Source: Scyliorhinus canicula
Taxonomy: Eukaryota
Assembly: GCF_902713615.1 (NCBI RefSeq)
Contig: NC_052158.1
Coordinates: forward strand, 30,297,990 to 30,361,989
Length of the DNA stretch: 64,000 nucleotides
Direction: 5' to 3'
Below are positions 36,301 to 48,459 of this stretch, piece by piece. Position 1 is the stretch's first letter. Each line of letters starts with the position of its first letter. The position numbers and the translations under genes are program-made. The notes below the pieces were generated by a model. The model saw only the letters and a list, made by a program, of their open reading frames with translations, was not told where the DNA came from and ran no database searches.

Positions 36301-37535
36301 CCAGGCTCCCATCACCCTCTGCTTAAAAACATTATTCCTCACATCCCCTCTAAACCTCCTGCCCCTTAACTTAAATCTACGTTCCCTGATCATTGCCTCT
36401 CGACCAAGGGTAAAAAATCCTTCCTATCTACTCTATCCACGCCCCTCAAAATTTTACACATCTCAATCATGTTCCCCACCTCTTTGCCTCCTCTTCTCAA
36501 AGGAAAATAACCCCAGTTCATCCAATCCCTCCTCAGAGATAAAACGCTACAGCCCAGGCAACCTCCTGGTAATTCTCCTCTGCACCCTTTCCAATGCTTT
36601 CACATCCCTCCTGCAACGTGGATTCCAAAACTGCACATGATACTCTAGCTGTGGCCGAACCAATCTATTGCATAATCAACTTAAATTTTATTAGAACGCA
36701 TATCCAATACAGCACGGTACGTCACTGGTTAGCACTGCTGCTTCACAGCGCCAGGGTTTCAGGTTCGATTCCCGGCTTGGGTCACTGTCTGTGCGGAGTC
36801 TGCACCTTCTCCCCATGTCTGCGTGGTTTCCTCCGGGTGTTCCAGTTTCCTCCCCCAAGTACCGAAAGACGTGCTTGTTAGGTGAATTGGTCCGAACACG
36901 GGGCGAGATTTGGCGACCCGGGGATTTTCAATGTAAGGCTACTTGTGACAATTAGGACTTGCCGCAATTGAACGTATTGACGTAGAAATTGATTAAAACT
37001 ACAGCAGAGTTTGTGCTTGGTTTCAGGGGATTCCGGTTATTTCCTTCCAAAGCTCTGGCGAGAAATGTTCCTGTTTAAGTTCGTCTGCACTGTGAGACCT
37101 GCCGTTTAGAATTGGCTACTTTTACCGCCACGTGCATGGCTGATAACCTGACCGTCTTGCCTCAAAATGAAATGATGATGACCCTACAATAACCAGCTCT
37201 ATCACTGACTTACATTTGTGGTACAAATGAACGAATGACGTCCAATGTTATCTGAAAAATTATGTAAAATGATGCTTGGGTTTTTACATTGTCGTATATG
37301 TTGGATGAGAGATAACGTTTTCTCTTGAACTACTTTTTTACATCAATTCAAAATCAAGTGAGCGACTTTATAACATTGGAAATGTAGAGTAGCGCGACAC
37401 ACCCTGATACCACTAGCCCTGCACCCTGAGCAAAATTTACATCAGTGATGTTTGCTCCCCTGCAGAAAGAAGATTCTTTCCCGTCAGCAACAGCACCTAA
37501 ATCCATTAGTTCGCAATCTAGCTCCGAACAACTGA
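24331..37535 (+). CDS. NCR3: NKp30/NCR3-like receptor, 4 coding exons, 200 aa: join(24331-24379,27963-28313,35204-35336,37466-37535)
   Basis: All junctions GT-AG and phase-compatible (1,1,2); 603 nt with no internal stop. Signal peptide, VJ-type V domain resembling human NKp30 (IGSVTWFR/EFRGR/AELHIRD/IYVCRVEVLGLG), TM with Arg, short tail. Confidence 0.8.
24899..25242 (+). mobile_element. V-SINE, young full-length copy (intronic)
   Basis: Near-identical to 15064-15408. Confidence 0.9.
25243..26510 (-). mobile_element. three reverse V-SINE copies (about 25243-25510, 25608-25942, 26235-26510) with a CR1 relic between
   Basis: Repeated cagtgcagaaggaggccattcggcc...ggactgtgggaggaaaccgg motifs. 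Confidence 0.8.
26665..27660 (-). mobile_element. young 5'-truncated CR1 LINE
   Basis: Long open RT frames 27039-27695 and 26765-27034 ([26 protein letters not shown]) with (TTCTTAT)n tail. Confidence 0.92.
27963..28313 (+). CDS. NCR3: Ig V-domain exon (intact)
   Basis: cattcacag|CA...GGG G|GTAAGT, 351 nt. [44 protein letters not shown]...EFWGRV...[43 protein letters not shown] with canonical C-W-C and DTGxYxC. Confidence 0.92.
28710..29280 (+). mobile_element. old CR1 fragment
   Basis: Decayed [19 protein letters not shown]-type CR1 3' sequence. Confidence 0.7.
29303..30090 (-). mobile_element. nested and duplicated V-SINE cluster
   Basis: SINE at 29303-29600, young SINE 3' half at 29684-29862, near-identical 97-bp copies at 29862-29959 and 29978-30074. 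Confidence 0.8.
31113..31200. repeat. small inverted-repeat element, Penelope-type relic
   Basis: caacaccagg (31118) and cctggtgttg (31186) inverted ends; internal tcactagctttcggagc half-hammerhead sequence. Confidence 0.55.
31250..32800 (-). mobile_element. old CR1 fragments
   Basis: Decayed CR1 3' tails and RT-coding sequence. Confidence 0.65.
32849..33026 (+). mobile_element. short SINE with (TTTCA)n tail
   Basis: ggggctggtttagc...cggttcccgtacc...gattttcatttcatttca. Confidence 0.9.
34291..34557 (+). mobile_element. V-SINE with duplicated 5' head
   Basis: gggcagcacggtagcagt followed by gggcggcacggtagcatagt. Confidence 0.8.
34613..34799 (-). mobile_element. short SINE with (TTTCA)n tail
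   Basis: Same family as 32849-33026. Confidence 0.9.
35204..35336 (+). CDS. NCR3: stalk + transmembrane exon
   Basis: ctatctccatag|AT...AAG AG|[51 protein letters not shown]; hydrophobic helix with Arg near its outer end. Confidence 0.82.
36100..36952. mobile_element. CR1 3' relic (-) followed by V-SINE (+, 36710-36952)
   Basis: CR1 tail and SINE head/core motifs. Confidence 0.75.
37466..37535 (+). CDS. NCR3: cytoplasmic tail exon [22 protein letters not shown]
   Basis: gctcccctgcag acceptor, phase-2 compatible, stop at 37533-37535, AATAAA at 37749; alternative tail exons not excluded. Confidence 0.55.
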
Positions 37536-37748
37536 AATCTGTTCTCCTTAGACAGGAAAAGTTAGGATCTGTAATATTCTCGTTCTCCCTCCCACACCTC
37601 AACCCCCCCCCCTCCCCCCCTCACAAGACATTGCCATTATTGGTTTTGTACTGGACATTCACGCATAAGGCAATATTCGACAGGCAATGTTTCCAGTTCG
37701 GGCCCATACATTAATTTCAAGAGTTTTTATATCTGGCGCACATTTTTT

Positions 37749-37754
37749 AATAAA
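37749..37754 (+). terminator. candidate polyadenylation signal
   Basis: AATAAA about 215 nt after the predicted stop. Confidence 0.4.
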
Positions 37755-39314
37755 TGTACGAAACAGATGATTTCTCCTGAAATTTTCATCAGTGATGGGA
37801 CCGTCACAGCCCTTCAACCGGTTAAAAGCCCATGCAGAAATCTCAATAATTCGATTAAAAACACATGTGTTTTGCACTTGATTGTGCTGTACCATGAAGG
37901 CGATTGCAAGCTGTCGCTTTCGGAATTTTAAACTTTCTTTTTGATTATTTCGGGAAATATGTATCCTAATCAAGGAGGAAATGGAAGTCTCCAACATTCA
38001 AGCCGCTTGAATCCCTTTCTTTCCCTCCAAACACTTCATCGAACCCTTGCCTCTGAGTATCCACCCTGCGATAACTCTGGGTTTCTGTTGCCTTGCGGCC
38101 TTTCAGCAGCACCACTTTTCGTTGCGCCCATGACATCCTCCCATGGGCTGCATACAACAATTGATTGCATGCATTTGTGGGAAGCGCGTTTCGTTTGATG
38201 GCGCCTGTGTTCCCCTTCAGAAGGCCCTGGACCTTCTTCTTGAACCACTGCAGTCAATATGGCGACGGCACTCCCAAAAATTCTCAAAATACGGAGTTCC
38301 TGGATTCGGAGTCACAATGAAGGAACGTCGACATGTGTCAAATTCGAGATGGTGAATGACTTGAAAGCGTCACTTGGAATTTGTGAGTCTCCCGTTTCCA
38401 AATTTCCATCAAATTTTAATTATGCCGTGCTGGATAAATTCAGGTTGACCTCAAACCATGTTTGGTTAACAGCAATTCTGTCAGCTGACTTTTAGCTAAT
38501 GCAGTGCTAGCTTAGTGTCAGAATGGAATACAATGCCTTAGATTACATAGGGCTGGTGTCCTTGTCAAAGACACACCATACACCTGACAATTATGAACAA
38601 GACGAGTGTTCTGCGTCTCTCCATACCCATCTGTTTTATTAGAATTATTGAAATAATAATCAGACAATATAATCATAAGAACATGGTGTTAGATTTTGGC
38701 ATAATCTACTATATTCTCCCTTCATCAGCATTCAGTTGGACATACATGCCAATTTCTAAAGTTAATTGTGAGTCAGGCCAATTCATGAAAAACAAAGCGA
38801 ATCACTCTGCAAGTAGTGGCAATAGAAAACATCTGTATGTCCAATTTCAAGGTAAAACATTCCTAATCAGTTCACACAGAAGTTTCCAGAGTACAGTTAA
38901 CCCGAACCGTAAAGGATGAAGTAAAAATGTGAGTTATGGAGGCAAGACATAGGTCAGGGATCACAAGAAACTAAGGTTATATTTACATTGTTTCTTTATT
39001 TCTGTTTACTTATTTCAAACCTCTCAGAAGTTAGAACAGATTTTAAAATCTTCACGTTTTCTATCGGAAAGTCAAGTGGCTGATTCACCAACAACCACAG
39101 GTTTCTGCTGCTAAACTGAATCCTATTATCACACAGGTTGCTCAGAGAAACATAGAAACTACATGCATTAAGAGTTCTGAGTTCTGAATATGAATTCACT
39201 TTTTTGACAGAGAGAAGATAACCATGGAGACGCAGAGAAATGGTAAGGATGGGGCCATGTAAAGAGTCAACGGAGAGAGAAGCCAGTCGTGTTAAAGTGC
39301 TTTCTGCACAGATC

Positions 39315-39650
39315 CATAGAATCCATATAATTACTACAGTGCAGATCGAGGCGTCTCGCCCGTCGAATCCTCATCAAATCTCCAAAAGAGCACCCTAACC
39401 CGGCCCATTTCTCCCCCCGCCCCCATCCCTAAAAAAACATCTAACATGCACATCTTTGGTCACTAAGGGGTACTTTAGCATGGCCAATCCACCTAGCCTG
39501 CACATCTTTGGACTGTGGGAGGAAACCGGAGCACCCAGAGGAAACCCACGCGACGTGAAGAACTCCACACAGTCAGTCAAGGCCGAAATCGAACCCAGGT
39601 GCCTGGGCGCTTCGAAACAACAGTGAAAACCACTGTGCCACCGTGCACCC
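39315..39650 (-). mobile_element. V-SINE
   Basis: V core and tRNA head in reverse. Confidence 0.8.
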
Positions 39651-40059
39651 TAGAAGTATCAATCACATGTCCTGGAATGGTGGCTGGAGTCACATGTAGG
39701 CTAAACTGGATAAATATAGCAGAAGTAAGGGAAAATACGTCTCAGCAATCTATAACCATTAAAGTTGTGGTCTGATAAAACTTCCAACTCAAGATATTGC
39801 CAAACACTCAGATATAATTACATTGTGGACTTTCGACAGGAAAGAGCGTCGAATACGTTCAGATTGCTAAGCTGCTGTTTATACCTGAACCACCTGCACA
39901 GCAGTTCAATTAGTGGTGTTTTTCTTAATTTTCAATCTGTTATTTAAACAGTAATGTTTAAATCTGTGCAATAAATCTGCTTTCCTTCCAAGGCGTCCAA
40001 AAGTCCTGTTGCATTTCCAAGCGAATAATGGGGATCATACGACCAGTATACATAGAAGT

Positions 40060-41150
40060 AGAAGTAGAACATTCGGCCCACAGAGTTTGCTCCACCATTC
40101 AATGAGATCTGATGAAGTGATGACTGATCGGATATGATGATCCTCCACTTATCCGCCTTATCCCCATAACCCTTGATTCACTGACTGATTACATTTCCGT
40201 CTATCTGAGCCGTGAAAACACTTGTTGATCCCTTTCTACAGTTCTCTACAGGTTTGAGGAATTACAACTGCTGTAATTGACTGAAAGCTCAGTGCACGAA
40301 ACTAGTCTAATCATAGAATCCCTCTGAAAGAACACCCTACCTAGGTCCCCGCCGCATCCCCGTAACCCCAGCTGGCCTTTGGACATTATGGGGCAATTTA
40401 GCATCAACCTAACCTGCACATCTTTGGGAGCAAATCGGGGCACTGGAAGAAACCCACGCAGATACATGGGAAGGTGCAAACTTCACGGCAGTAACGCAAG
40501 GCCGGAATCGAACTAGGTGCGCTGGTGCATGAATCAGGGAACGTCATTAAGCAGGTACAGCAAGTGGTTAGGAGGCAAATCGAGGCGAATCAAGCTTATT
40601 GCAAGGAGAATGGAATTTAAAATGAAAGATGAGTTGCTACTGTTGTGCAGGATATGGGTGAGACCACATTTAGAATACGGTGTACAGTCTGGTATCCTTA
40701 TTACTAAAGGATGGAAATACCTTCGCGCAGAGAGGGCTCACTTGACTGATACCTGGATTAGCGCGATAGGTGCGTGGTAGAGGGAGGGGACAGCGGCAGG
40801 TATCTTATGAGGAACAATTGAACAGGTTTAAGAGGCGATATTATTGAAAAATACAGGACCCCGAGGGTGCTTGACAGGGTGGATGCTGAAAGGATGTGTT
40901 TTCCTTTTTGGAGAGACTAGAACTTGGGGACATGGTTTCAAAGTCAGGCTTTTCTATTTAAGACGGAGATGAAGAGATTTTCTTTGTTCTCTCAAATCCC
41001 TTGGGACTATCTTACCCATGAAGAGGTGAAGGTCGGGTCATTATTTTTTTATGCAGAGCTGGAAAGATATCTTGTTGACACAGGTTACCTAGGGCAGTCG
41101 AGAATTAGGCCACAATCAGATCAATGAGTGAATGGTAGGCTTAGAGGCCG
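40060..41150. mobile_element. CR1 relics and V-SINE (40310-40515)
   Basis: WVRPHLEYGVQ CR1 motif; SINE core. Confidence 0.7.
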
Positions 41151-41699
41151 TGTAGCCTGCTCCTGATCAGTATGTTCACAGGGAAGGCAGATTCCCCTGA
41201 GGTTAAGCGGGAAAGGCAAGCAGTCAAACTGCAATCAATGGAATAAGAAATAGATCGGGGGATATTGTCTCCAAATGCCCATAAATTATTTCACGCCAAT
41301 AAACTGTTTCGACGCACTTCACGATAAATCCAGTATTCAGTGTCCGCTCAATGTAGCTTCAAATAATTTCGTAGGCCTGCCACTGGATAACGAACGTTCC
41401 CCTCAGAAAATGTTGGCAGGGTGTTTTTCAACTGAATTGATAAGCCGTACCAGCTGCACAGGCCAGGAAGTGAATGAACATCTCCCCGTAAAATCTTCAA
41501 TCCACGTTACAATTTTGTTCTTCAGCACAAAATGTGTGGAGGCATTTGTTGGTTACGGGTCTCGTGCATCAGTGAATAAGCCCCATGAAAATCATGGCAA
41601 ATATGAAATTAAAGGCTCTATTTGAATGCAACGTATTTGTGCTCCGGTCGATGAAAGAATGGCACAGGTGGCAATACATGTTTTGGATCTAATCACCAT

Positions 41700-42150
41700 T
41701 ACACAGCATTGATACATGTTGAACATGGTTTGGCAATAAATAGTCCAGGATATCAATATTTCAAAAAGACAAAGTGAATGATTAAAGGAGGTGCCGCCTT
41801 ATTAGTAAAGTACAAAATATGAACATTAGTGAGAATGGATCTAGGCTTAGAATATGAGGGAGTCGGATCAGCATAGATGGAGATTAAGGATAACAGAGAC
41901 GATAAAATGACAGTAGGAATAAGTTATTGGCGCCCTCACAACTGTAATAATGTTGAACAGGGCATAAACCAATAAATTATTGGCGTTTGTCAGAATGGAA
42001 ATATGATTATGGGTGATCTTATTGGTCATATTAACTTGAGAAGGGAAGTAATCAAAGCTGTTCTGGAAAGCGTCCAGCATGTGTTCATGGCATTTTCCTG
42101 GAACAGTGCATTATCAAACCAGTTAGGGAAAAAAACAGTTTTAGATGCAG
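41700..42150 (+). mobile_element. old CR1 endonuclease relic
   Basis: GYQYFKKD..KGG-like and IMGD motifs, heavily decayed. Confidence 0.55.
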
Positions 42151-42239
42151 TACTCAGCACAACGTGCTACAAAGCGAAGCCGAGCAGTATCTCCGGCAGC
42201 AGCACATCCCTCCCCTATGAACTAAATGCAATCTCTGGG

Positions 42240-45200
42240 GCATGGATAAAGGGGTCTGGAGCAAAAAACCCCGGGATTTATGGTGCGGACTCGGAGTGGG
42301 GCGTGGAGAAAAACGGCAGTAGCTCCCCTGGAAAAGCGGGGAAAGGTGGACAAGATGGCGGCTGGTGGAGCCCCTGAGGAGTGGAGGCAGTGGGCGGAGG
42401 AGCAACAGGCGGCCCTTCTGCGCTATTTTACGGAGCTGAAAGGGGAGTTGTTGGAATCCCTGAAGGTGACGACTAGTAAGCTGCTGGAGAAGCAGACAAC
42501 CCAGGGTGCAGCGATACTAGAGTTGCAGCAGCAGGCCTCTGAGCGCAAGGAGGAGGTTTCGGCCCTCATGGGGAAGGTGGAGATACACGAGGCGCTTCAT
42601 AAAAAGTGGCAAGATCGGTTCGAGGAGATGGAGCTTCGGTCTCGGAGGAAGAACCTGCGGATCCTGGGCCTCGAGGAGGGGCTGGAGGGGTCGGACCTGC
42701 TGGCCTATGTGGCCATGATGCTGAACTCGCTGGTGGGGGCAGGATCCTTCCTTCTGCCCCTGGAGCTGGAGGGGGCCCACAGAGTACTGGCCAGGTGGCC
42801 TAAGGCGAATGAACCCCCGCGGGAGGTACTGGTGCGGTTCCATCGGTTCAGTGACCGGGAGTGTGTTCTCCTATGGGCCAAGAAGGTGAGTAGCAAGTGG
42901 GAGAATTCAGTAGTGCGTGTCTACCAGGACTGGAGTGCGGAGGTGGCCAAGCGGAGAGCCGGGTTTAACTGGACGAAGGCGGTGCTCCACGGAAAGCAGG
43001 TGAAGTTTGGCATGTTTCGCCTGCGTGCCTGTGGGTCACCTACAAGGACCGGCATTACTACTTTGAGTCCCCGGAGGAAGCGTGGGCCTTTTTGCAGGCT
43101 GAAAACTTGGACTCGAACTAGAGATTGGGGGCTGTGCGAGTTTTTCTATTTCTGTATCACTGTTTATGCTGTGGCTGGTTATTCTGTGTGTTTCTGTTTT
43201 TTCTCTCGCTTTCGGGCGATGTGGGTTATGGTTTTGTGTTCGAAGGTGGGTACTGGGGTTTGTGGTTGATCTGTGTCTTTGTTTGTAGAGTTGGTGGTTG
43301 GGTTGGGACTGCTGTTTGTGAGCTGCGTTGGTGGGGTGGGACTGGGCTTTTCTCTGGTTTCCCACGCTGCAGGACGAGGGGGTGGAGCTGGTGGCGAGGG
43401 GCGTGGTTATTAGACCGGTTTTCCCGCGCTGAAGTGGTGCCAAGGAGCTGATGCAGGGGAGGAAGGGGGGACCTCATATCGGGAGGGGTCGGAGTTAGAG
43501 CGGGAGCTGCCGGGGTCAGCAGAAGTCAGCTGGCTCACGGGAGTACAGTGGAGGGAGCGTTGCGTCTAGGAGGGGCCCTAGCCTGAGAGTGGGGGAGATA
43601 CTGGCCAGAGAGGAGTTGGTGCGGGTCGGGGGGGTCGGGGTGAGGTTCTATCACCGTGGGAAACGGGCCGAATGGGTGCTGGCCAGGGGCGAGCAGTCAA
43701 TGGGCTATGGCTCGTCGACGGGGGAGGGGGACGGGGTGCCCCCTGATCCGGCTGATCATGTGGAACGTGAGCGGATTGAATGGGCCCGTTAAGCGGGCCC
43801 GGGTGTTTTTGCATCTGAAGGGGCTGAAGGCGGACGTGGCCATGCTCCAGGAGACTCACCTGAAGATGGTGGACCAGGTCCATCTGAGGAAAGGGTGGGT
43901 GGGGCAGGTTTTCCACTGAGGGCTCGACTCGGAGAACCGGGGGTCGCAATCCTGGTGGGGAAGAGGGTGGCGTTTGAGGCGTCTGAGGTTGTGGCTGATA
44001 GTGGCGGCAGATATGTGATGGTGAGCGGTAAGCTGCAGGGGGAGAGGGTGGTGTTGGATAATGTGTGCACCCCAAATTGGGATGATTCTGTTTTCATGAG
44101 CGTATGTTTGGCCGCATTCCTGGCCTGGTGGGGGGCTTGATCATGGGGGGGGGGGTGGGGCGACTTCAATATGGTGCTGGATCTCCTACTGGATCGTTCT
44201 AGTTCCAGGACAATCAGGAGGCCGGCGGCGGCCAAGGTGTTGAGGGGTTTTATGGACCAGATGGGAGGAGTGGATCCCTGGAGGTTCCGGAGGCCGAGGG
44301 CTCGGGAGTACTCTTTTTTCTCCCATGTACACAGGGTTTATTCCCGCATTCATTTCTTAGTTTTGAGTAGGGGACTGTTCCCGAGGATGGAGGAGGCCGA
44401 CTATTCGGCTATTATGATTTCGGACCATGCTCCGCATTGGGTGGGACTGGAGATGGGGGTGCGGGACCAGCGCCCGCTTTGGTGTCTGGACGTGGGGTTG
44501 TTGGCTGATGAGGATGTGTGTAGGAGGGTTCGGGGATGTATCGAGAGGTACATCGACGTCGGTGACACTGGGGAGCTACAGGTGGGGATGGTGTGGGAGG
44601 CTCTGAAGGCAGTGATTAGGGGGGAGCTGATATCCATCCATGCCCAGAGGGAGAGGGGGAGAGGAGGGAGAGGGACAGATTGGTGGGGGAGCTGTTGAGT
44701 GTGGATAGGAGGCACGCGGAGGCCCCGGAGGAGGGATTGCTGGGGGAGCGGTGTAGCTTGCAGGCCAAGTTTGATTTATTGACCACCAGAAAGGCGGAGA
44801 CACAGTGGAGGTAGGCGCAGGGAGCGGTCTATGAGTATGGCGAGAAGGCGAGCAGGATGCTGGCGCATCAGCTTTATAAGTGGCACGCAGCTAGGGAGAT
44901 TGGTGGAGTGAAGGATAGGGATGGGAATGTGGTGCAGCAGGGGGCAGAGGTCAATGACGTCTTTAGGGACTTTTATAGGGAACTGTACCGGTCGGAGCCG
45001 CCGACAATGTGAGGGGGAATAGAGAGATTTTTGGACAGGCTCCGATTTCCAAGGGTGCAGGAGGAGCAGGTGGAGGGACTGGTGGCGCCGATCGAGTTGG
45101 AGGAGCTGGTCAGTAGGATTGGCCACATGCAGTCGGGGAAGGCGCCGGGACTAGATGGGTTCCCGGTTGAATTTTATAAGAAATACACGGACCTGCTGGG

Positions 45201-47772
45201 CCCCCTGTTGGTTAGGACCTTCAACGAGGCATGGGAGGGGGATGTTTTTCCCCCGACGATGTATCGGGTGCTAATTTCCCTGATCCTGAAGCGTGATCAG
45301 GACCCCTTGCAGTGCGGATCATACAGGCCAATTTCACTGCTGAATGTAGACGCCAAGTTGCTGGCGAAGAACTTGGCCACTAGAATAGAGGACTGGGTGC
45401 CGGGGGTGATTCATGAAGATCAGACGGGTTTTGTGAAGGGGAGGCAGCTGAACACTAATGTGCGAAGGCTGCTAAATGTGATAATGATGCCGGCAGCAGA
45501 AGGAGAGGCGGAGATTGTGGTGGTATTAGATGCAGAGAAGGCCTTTGACAGGGTTGAGTGGGGGTACTTGTGGGAGGTGTTGGAGAGGTTCGGGCTTGGG
45601 GTGTTTTTTTTTAATGGGTGAGGTTGCTGTACGAGGCCCCGATGGCGAGTGTAGCGACAAATGGGAGGAGGTCCGAGTACTTCCGGCTCCACCGTGGGAC
45701 GAGGCAGGGGTGCCCCCTGCCCCCCTTGCTTTTTGTGTTGGCAATTGAGCCTCTTGCCATGGCTCTCAGGGAGTCGAGGAGGTGCAGGGGTTTGGTGCGA
45801 GGTGGGGAGGAGCACCGAATGTCGCTGTATGCAGACGACTTGCTGCTGTATGTAGCAGACCCGGTGGGGGGAATGCCGGAGGTGATGGAGATTCTTGCTG
45901 AGTTCGGGAGTTTCTCGGGATATAAATTGAACCTGGGCAAGAGTATAAATTGAACCTGAGCTGTTTGTCGTACACCCGGGAGATCAGGAGGAGGGGATTG
46001 GTAGGCTCCCGCTAAAAAGGGCAGTGAGGAGATTTAGGTACCTGGGGGTTCAGGTGGCTAGGAGCTGGGGGACTCTGCACAAGCTCAATTTTACTAGGTT
46101 GGTGGAGCAGATGGAGGAGGAATTTAAAAGGTGGCACATGCTGCCGTTGTCGTTGGCGGGTAGAGTCCAGTCCGTTAAAATGATGGTGTTCCCGAGGTTT
46201 TTGTTTTTGTTTCAGTGCCTCCCCATTTTCGTTCTGAGGGCCTTTTTTAGGAGGGTGAACAGCAGCATTCTGTGATTTGTTTGGGCGCACGGGACTCCAT
46301 GGGTAAGGAGGGTCTTTTTGGAGCGAGGCAGGGATAGAGGGGGGCTGGCGCTGCCCAACCTCTGGGTACTATTGGGCAGCTAATGTCTCGATGGTACGTA
46401 AGTGGGTAATGGATGGCGAGGGGGCAGCATGGAAACGGATGGAGATGGCGTCCTGTGGAGGCACGAGCCTAAAGGCACTGGTAACGGCGCCGCTGCCGCT
46501 CCCTCCAACGAGGTACACTACGAGCCCGGTGGTGGCGGCTACCCTCAAAATTTGGGGGCAGTGGAGGTGACACAGGGGAGAAGTGGGGCTCGGTGGAGGC
46601 CCCGCTGCGGGGGAACCACCGGTTTGTCCCAGGGAACATGGATGGCGTGTTCCTGGGGTGGCACAGGGCGGGCATTAGGAAGTTGGGAGACCTGTTTATT
46701 GACGGGAGGTTCGCGAGCCTTGCTGAACTGGAGGAGAAATTTGAGCTCCCCCCGGGGAATATGTTCAGGTACTTTCAGGTCAAGGCGTTTGCTTGGCAAC
46801 AGGTGGAGGGGTTTCCTTTGCTGCCCCCGCGGGAGGTAAGGGATAGGGTGCTTTCGGCGGTGTGGGTCGGGGATGGGAAGGTGTCTGACATCTACCAGGT
46901 AATGCAGGAGGTGGGGTGGGCGTCGGTAGAGGAGCTGAAGGCTAAGTGGGAGGTGGAGCTGGGGGAACAGATTGAAGAGGGGACATGGGCGGACGCCCTG
47001 GAGAGGGTGAACACCTCCTCTTCATGTGCAAGGCTTAGTCTCACCCAGTTCAAGGTGCTGCACTAGGCCCACATGTCCGGATCTAGGATGAGTAGGTTCT
47101 TTGGGGACGAAGACAGGTGCGTTAGGTGTTTGGGGAGTCCAGCAAACCATGCCCATATGTTCTGGGCATGCCCGGCACTGGAGGAGTTCTGGAAGGGGTG
47201 GCGAGGACTGTGTCGAGGGTGGTGGGATCCAGGGACAAGCCAGGCTGGGGACTCGCGATATTTGGGGTTGGGTTGGAGCCGGGAGTGCAGGAGGCGAAAG
47301 AGGCCGATGTTTTGGCCTTTGCGTCCCTCATAGCTCGGCGGAGGATCTTGCTGCAGTGGAAAGATGCAAGACCTCCGAGCGTGGAGACCTGGATTAATGA
47401 CATGGCGGGGTTCATTCAGCTGGAGAGGGTCAAATCCGCCCTGAGGGGGTCGGTACAAGGGTTCTTTAGGAGGTGGCAGCCTTTCCTCGACTTTCTCGCT
47501 CAACGATAAGGTACTAGGTCAGCAGCAGCAGCAACCCGGGGGGGGGGGGGGGGGGGGAGGTGGGCTAAGGTGTTTATTTTTTAGGGGGAGAGTGTTTAAG
47601 TTAATTTGCTTATTGTTAATTTATTTTGTTGTTTATAGGGTTTGCAGGGGGGTGGGGGTTGTTATAAGCGTTGTTACGGGTGCCGGAGGGTGTTTATTAT
47701 TATTGTTATTGTTATTATTGTTCTGTTGATATATATTTTTCATAAAATTCCAATAAAAATTATTTTTAAAAA
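42240..47772 (+). mobile_element. near full-length L1/Tx1-clade LINE
   Basis: ORF1 42280-43269 (RSRRKNLRILGL, LEGAHR, VRFHRF). ORF2 fragments with WNVSGLNG/LQETHL, YRPISLLNVDAK, LDAEKAFDRVEW, GTRQGCPL, SLYADDLLLY, C-terminal CLGS..NHAH; poly-G and A-rich 3' end; several stops and frameshifts. Confidence 0.97.
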
Positions 47773-47789
47773 AAATGATCTTGAAGAGC

Positions 47790-48205
47790 ATCACCTCCAT
47801 AATCACAGAACACCTTGATCCACTGCAATTTTTATACCTTCGCAAACTGTCCACAGCAGACGCCATTTCCTACACTCCTACACTCATCCCAAGAGCACCT
47901 CGACAACAAGGACTCCGAAATTAGACTCCTATTTATTGACTACAGCTCCGCCTTAAACACCATAATCCCAGCCAAACTCATATCAAAATGACCCTCATGG
48001 ACTGACCTCATTAACACTACACCCTGTATGCTTCATCAGTTGCCGGTGCTTATGTAGTTACATTGTATACCTAGTGTTGCCCTATTGTGTATTTTCTTTT
48101 ATTCTCTTTTCTTCCCATGTACTTAATGATTTGTTGAGCTGCTTGCAGAAACATACTTTTCACTGTACCTCGGTACACGTGATAATACACAAGTCCAATC
48201 CAATA
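47790..48205 (+). mobile_element. Rex1/Babar LINE fragment
   Basis: EHLDPLQF...STADAIS...EHLDNKDS.IRLLFIDYSSA.NTIIPAKLISK, then an internal deletion to the 3' end. Confidence 0.8.
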
Positions 48206-48459
48206 TTGTACAGTGGTGTACAATCAATGGCTAATCGCACAATTGAAAATTCACGACGAAAAATGGGTATAACATAATGCAGTGCCATATTAAGTTCGAA
48301 AGCGACACGCTTCAGACCCACTTAATAGAGCAAGCTTAATCAAAGCATTGGTAGAAGGTGACGGCGGGCCAAGCATGATTGTGAAATAGACTACAATACA
48401 TAGCAACTGATGAACATTGGGAAACAACAAAAATGCGAACAAAATGCGCTCCATTAAAA

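Noticed and set aside
37659-38495. Several 60-110 aa ORFs with loose C/W spacing
   Set aside because: No coherent Ig motif set; part overlaps the predicted 3' UTR on the opposite strand
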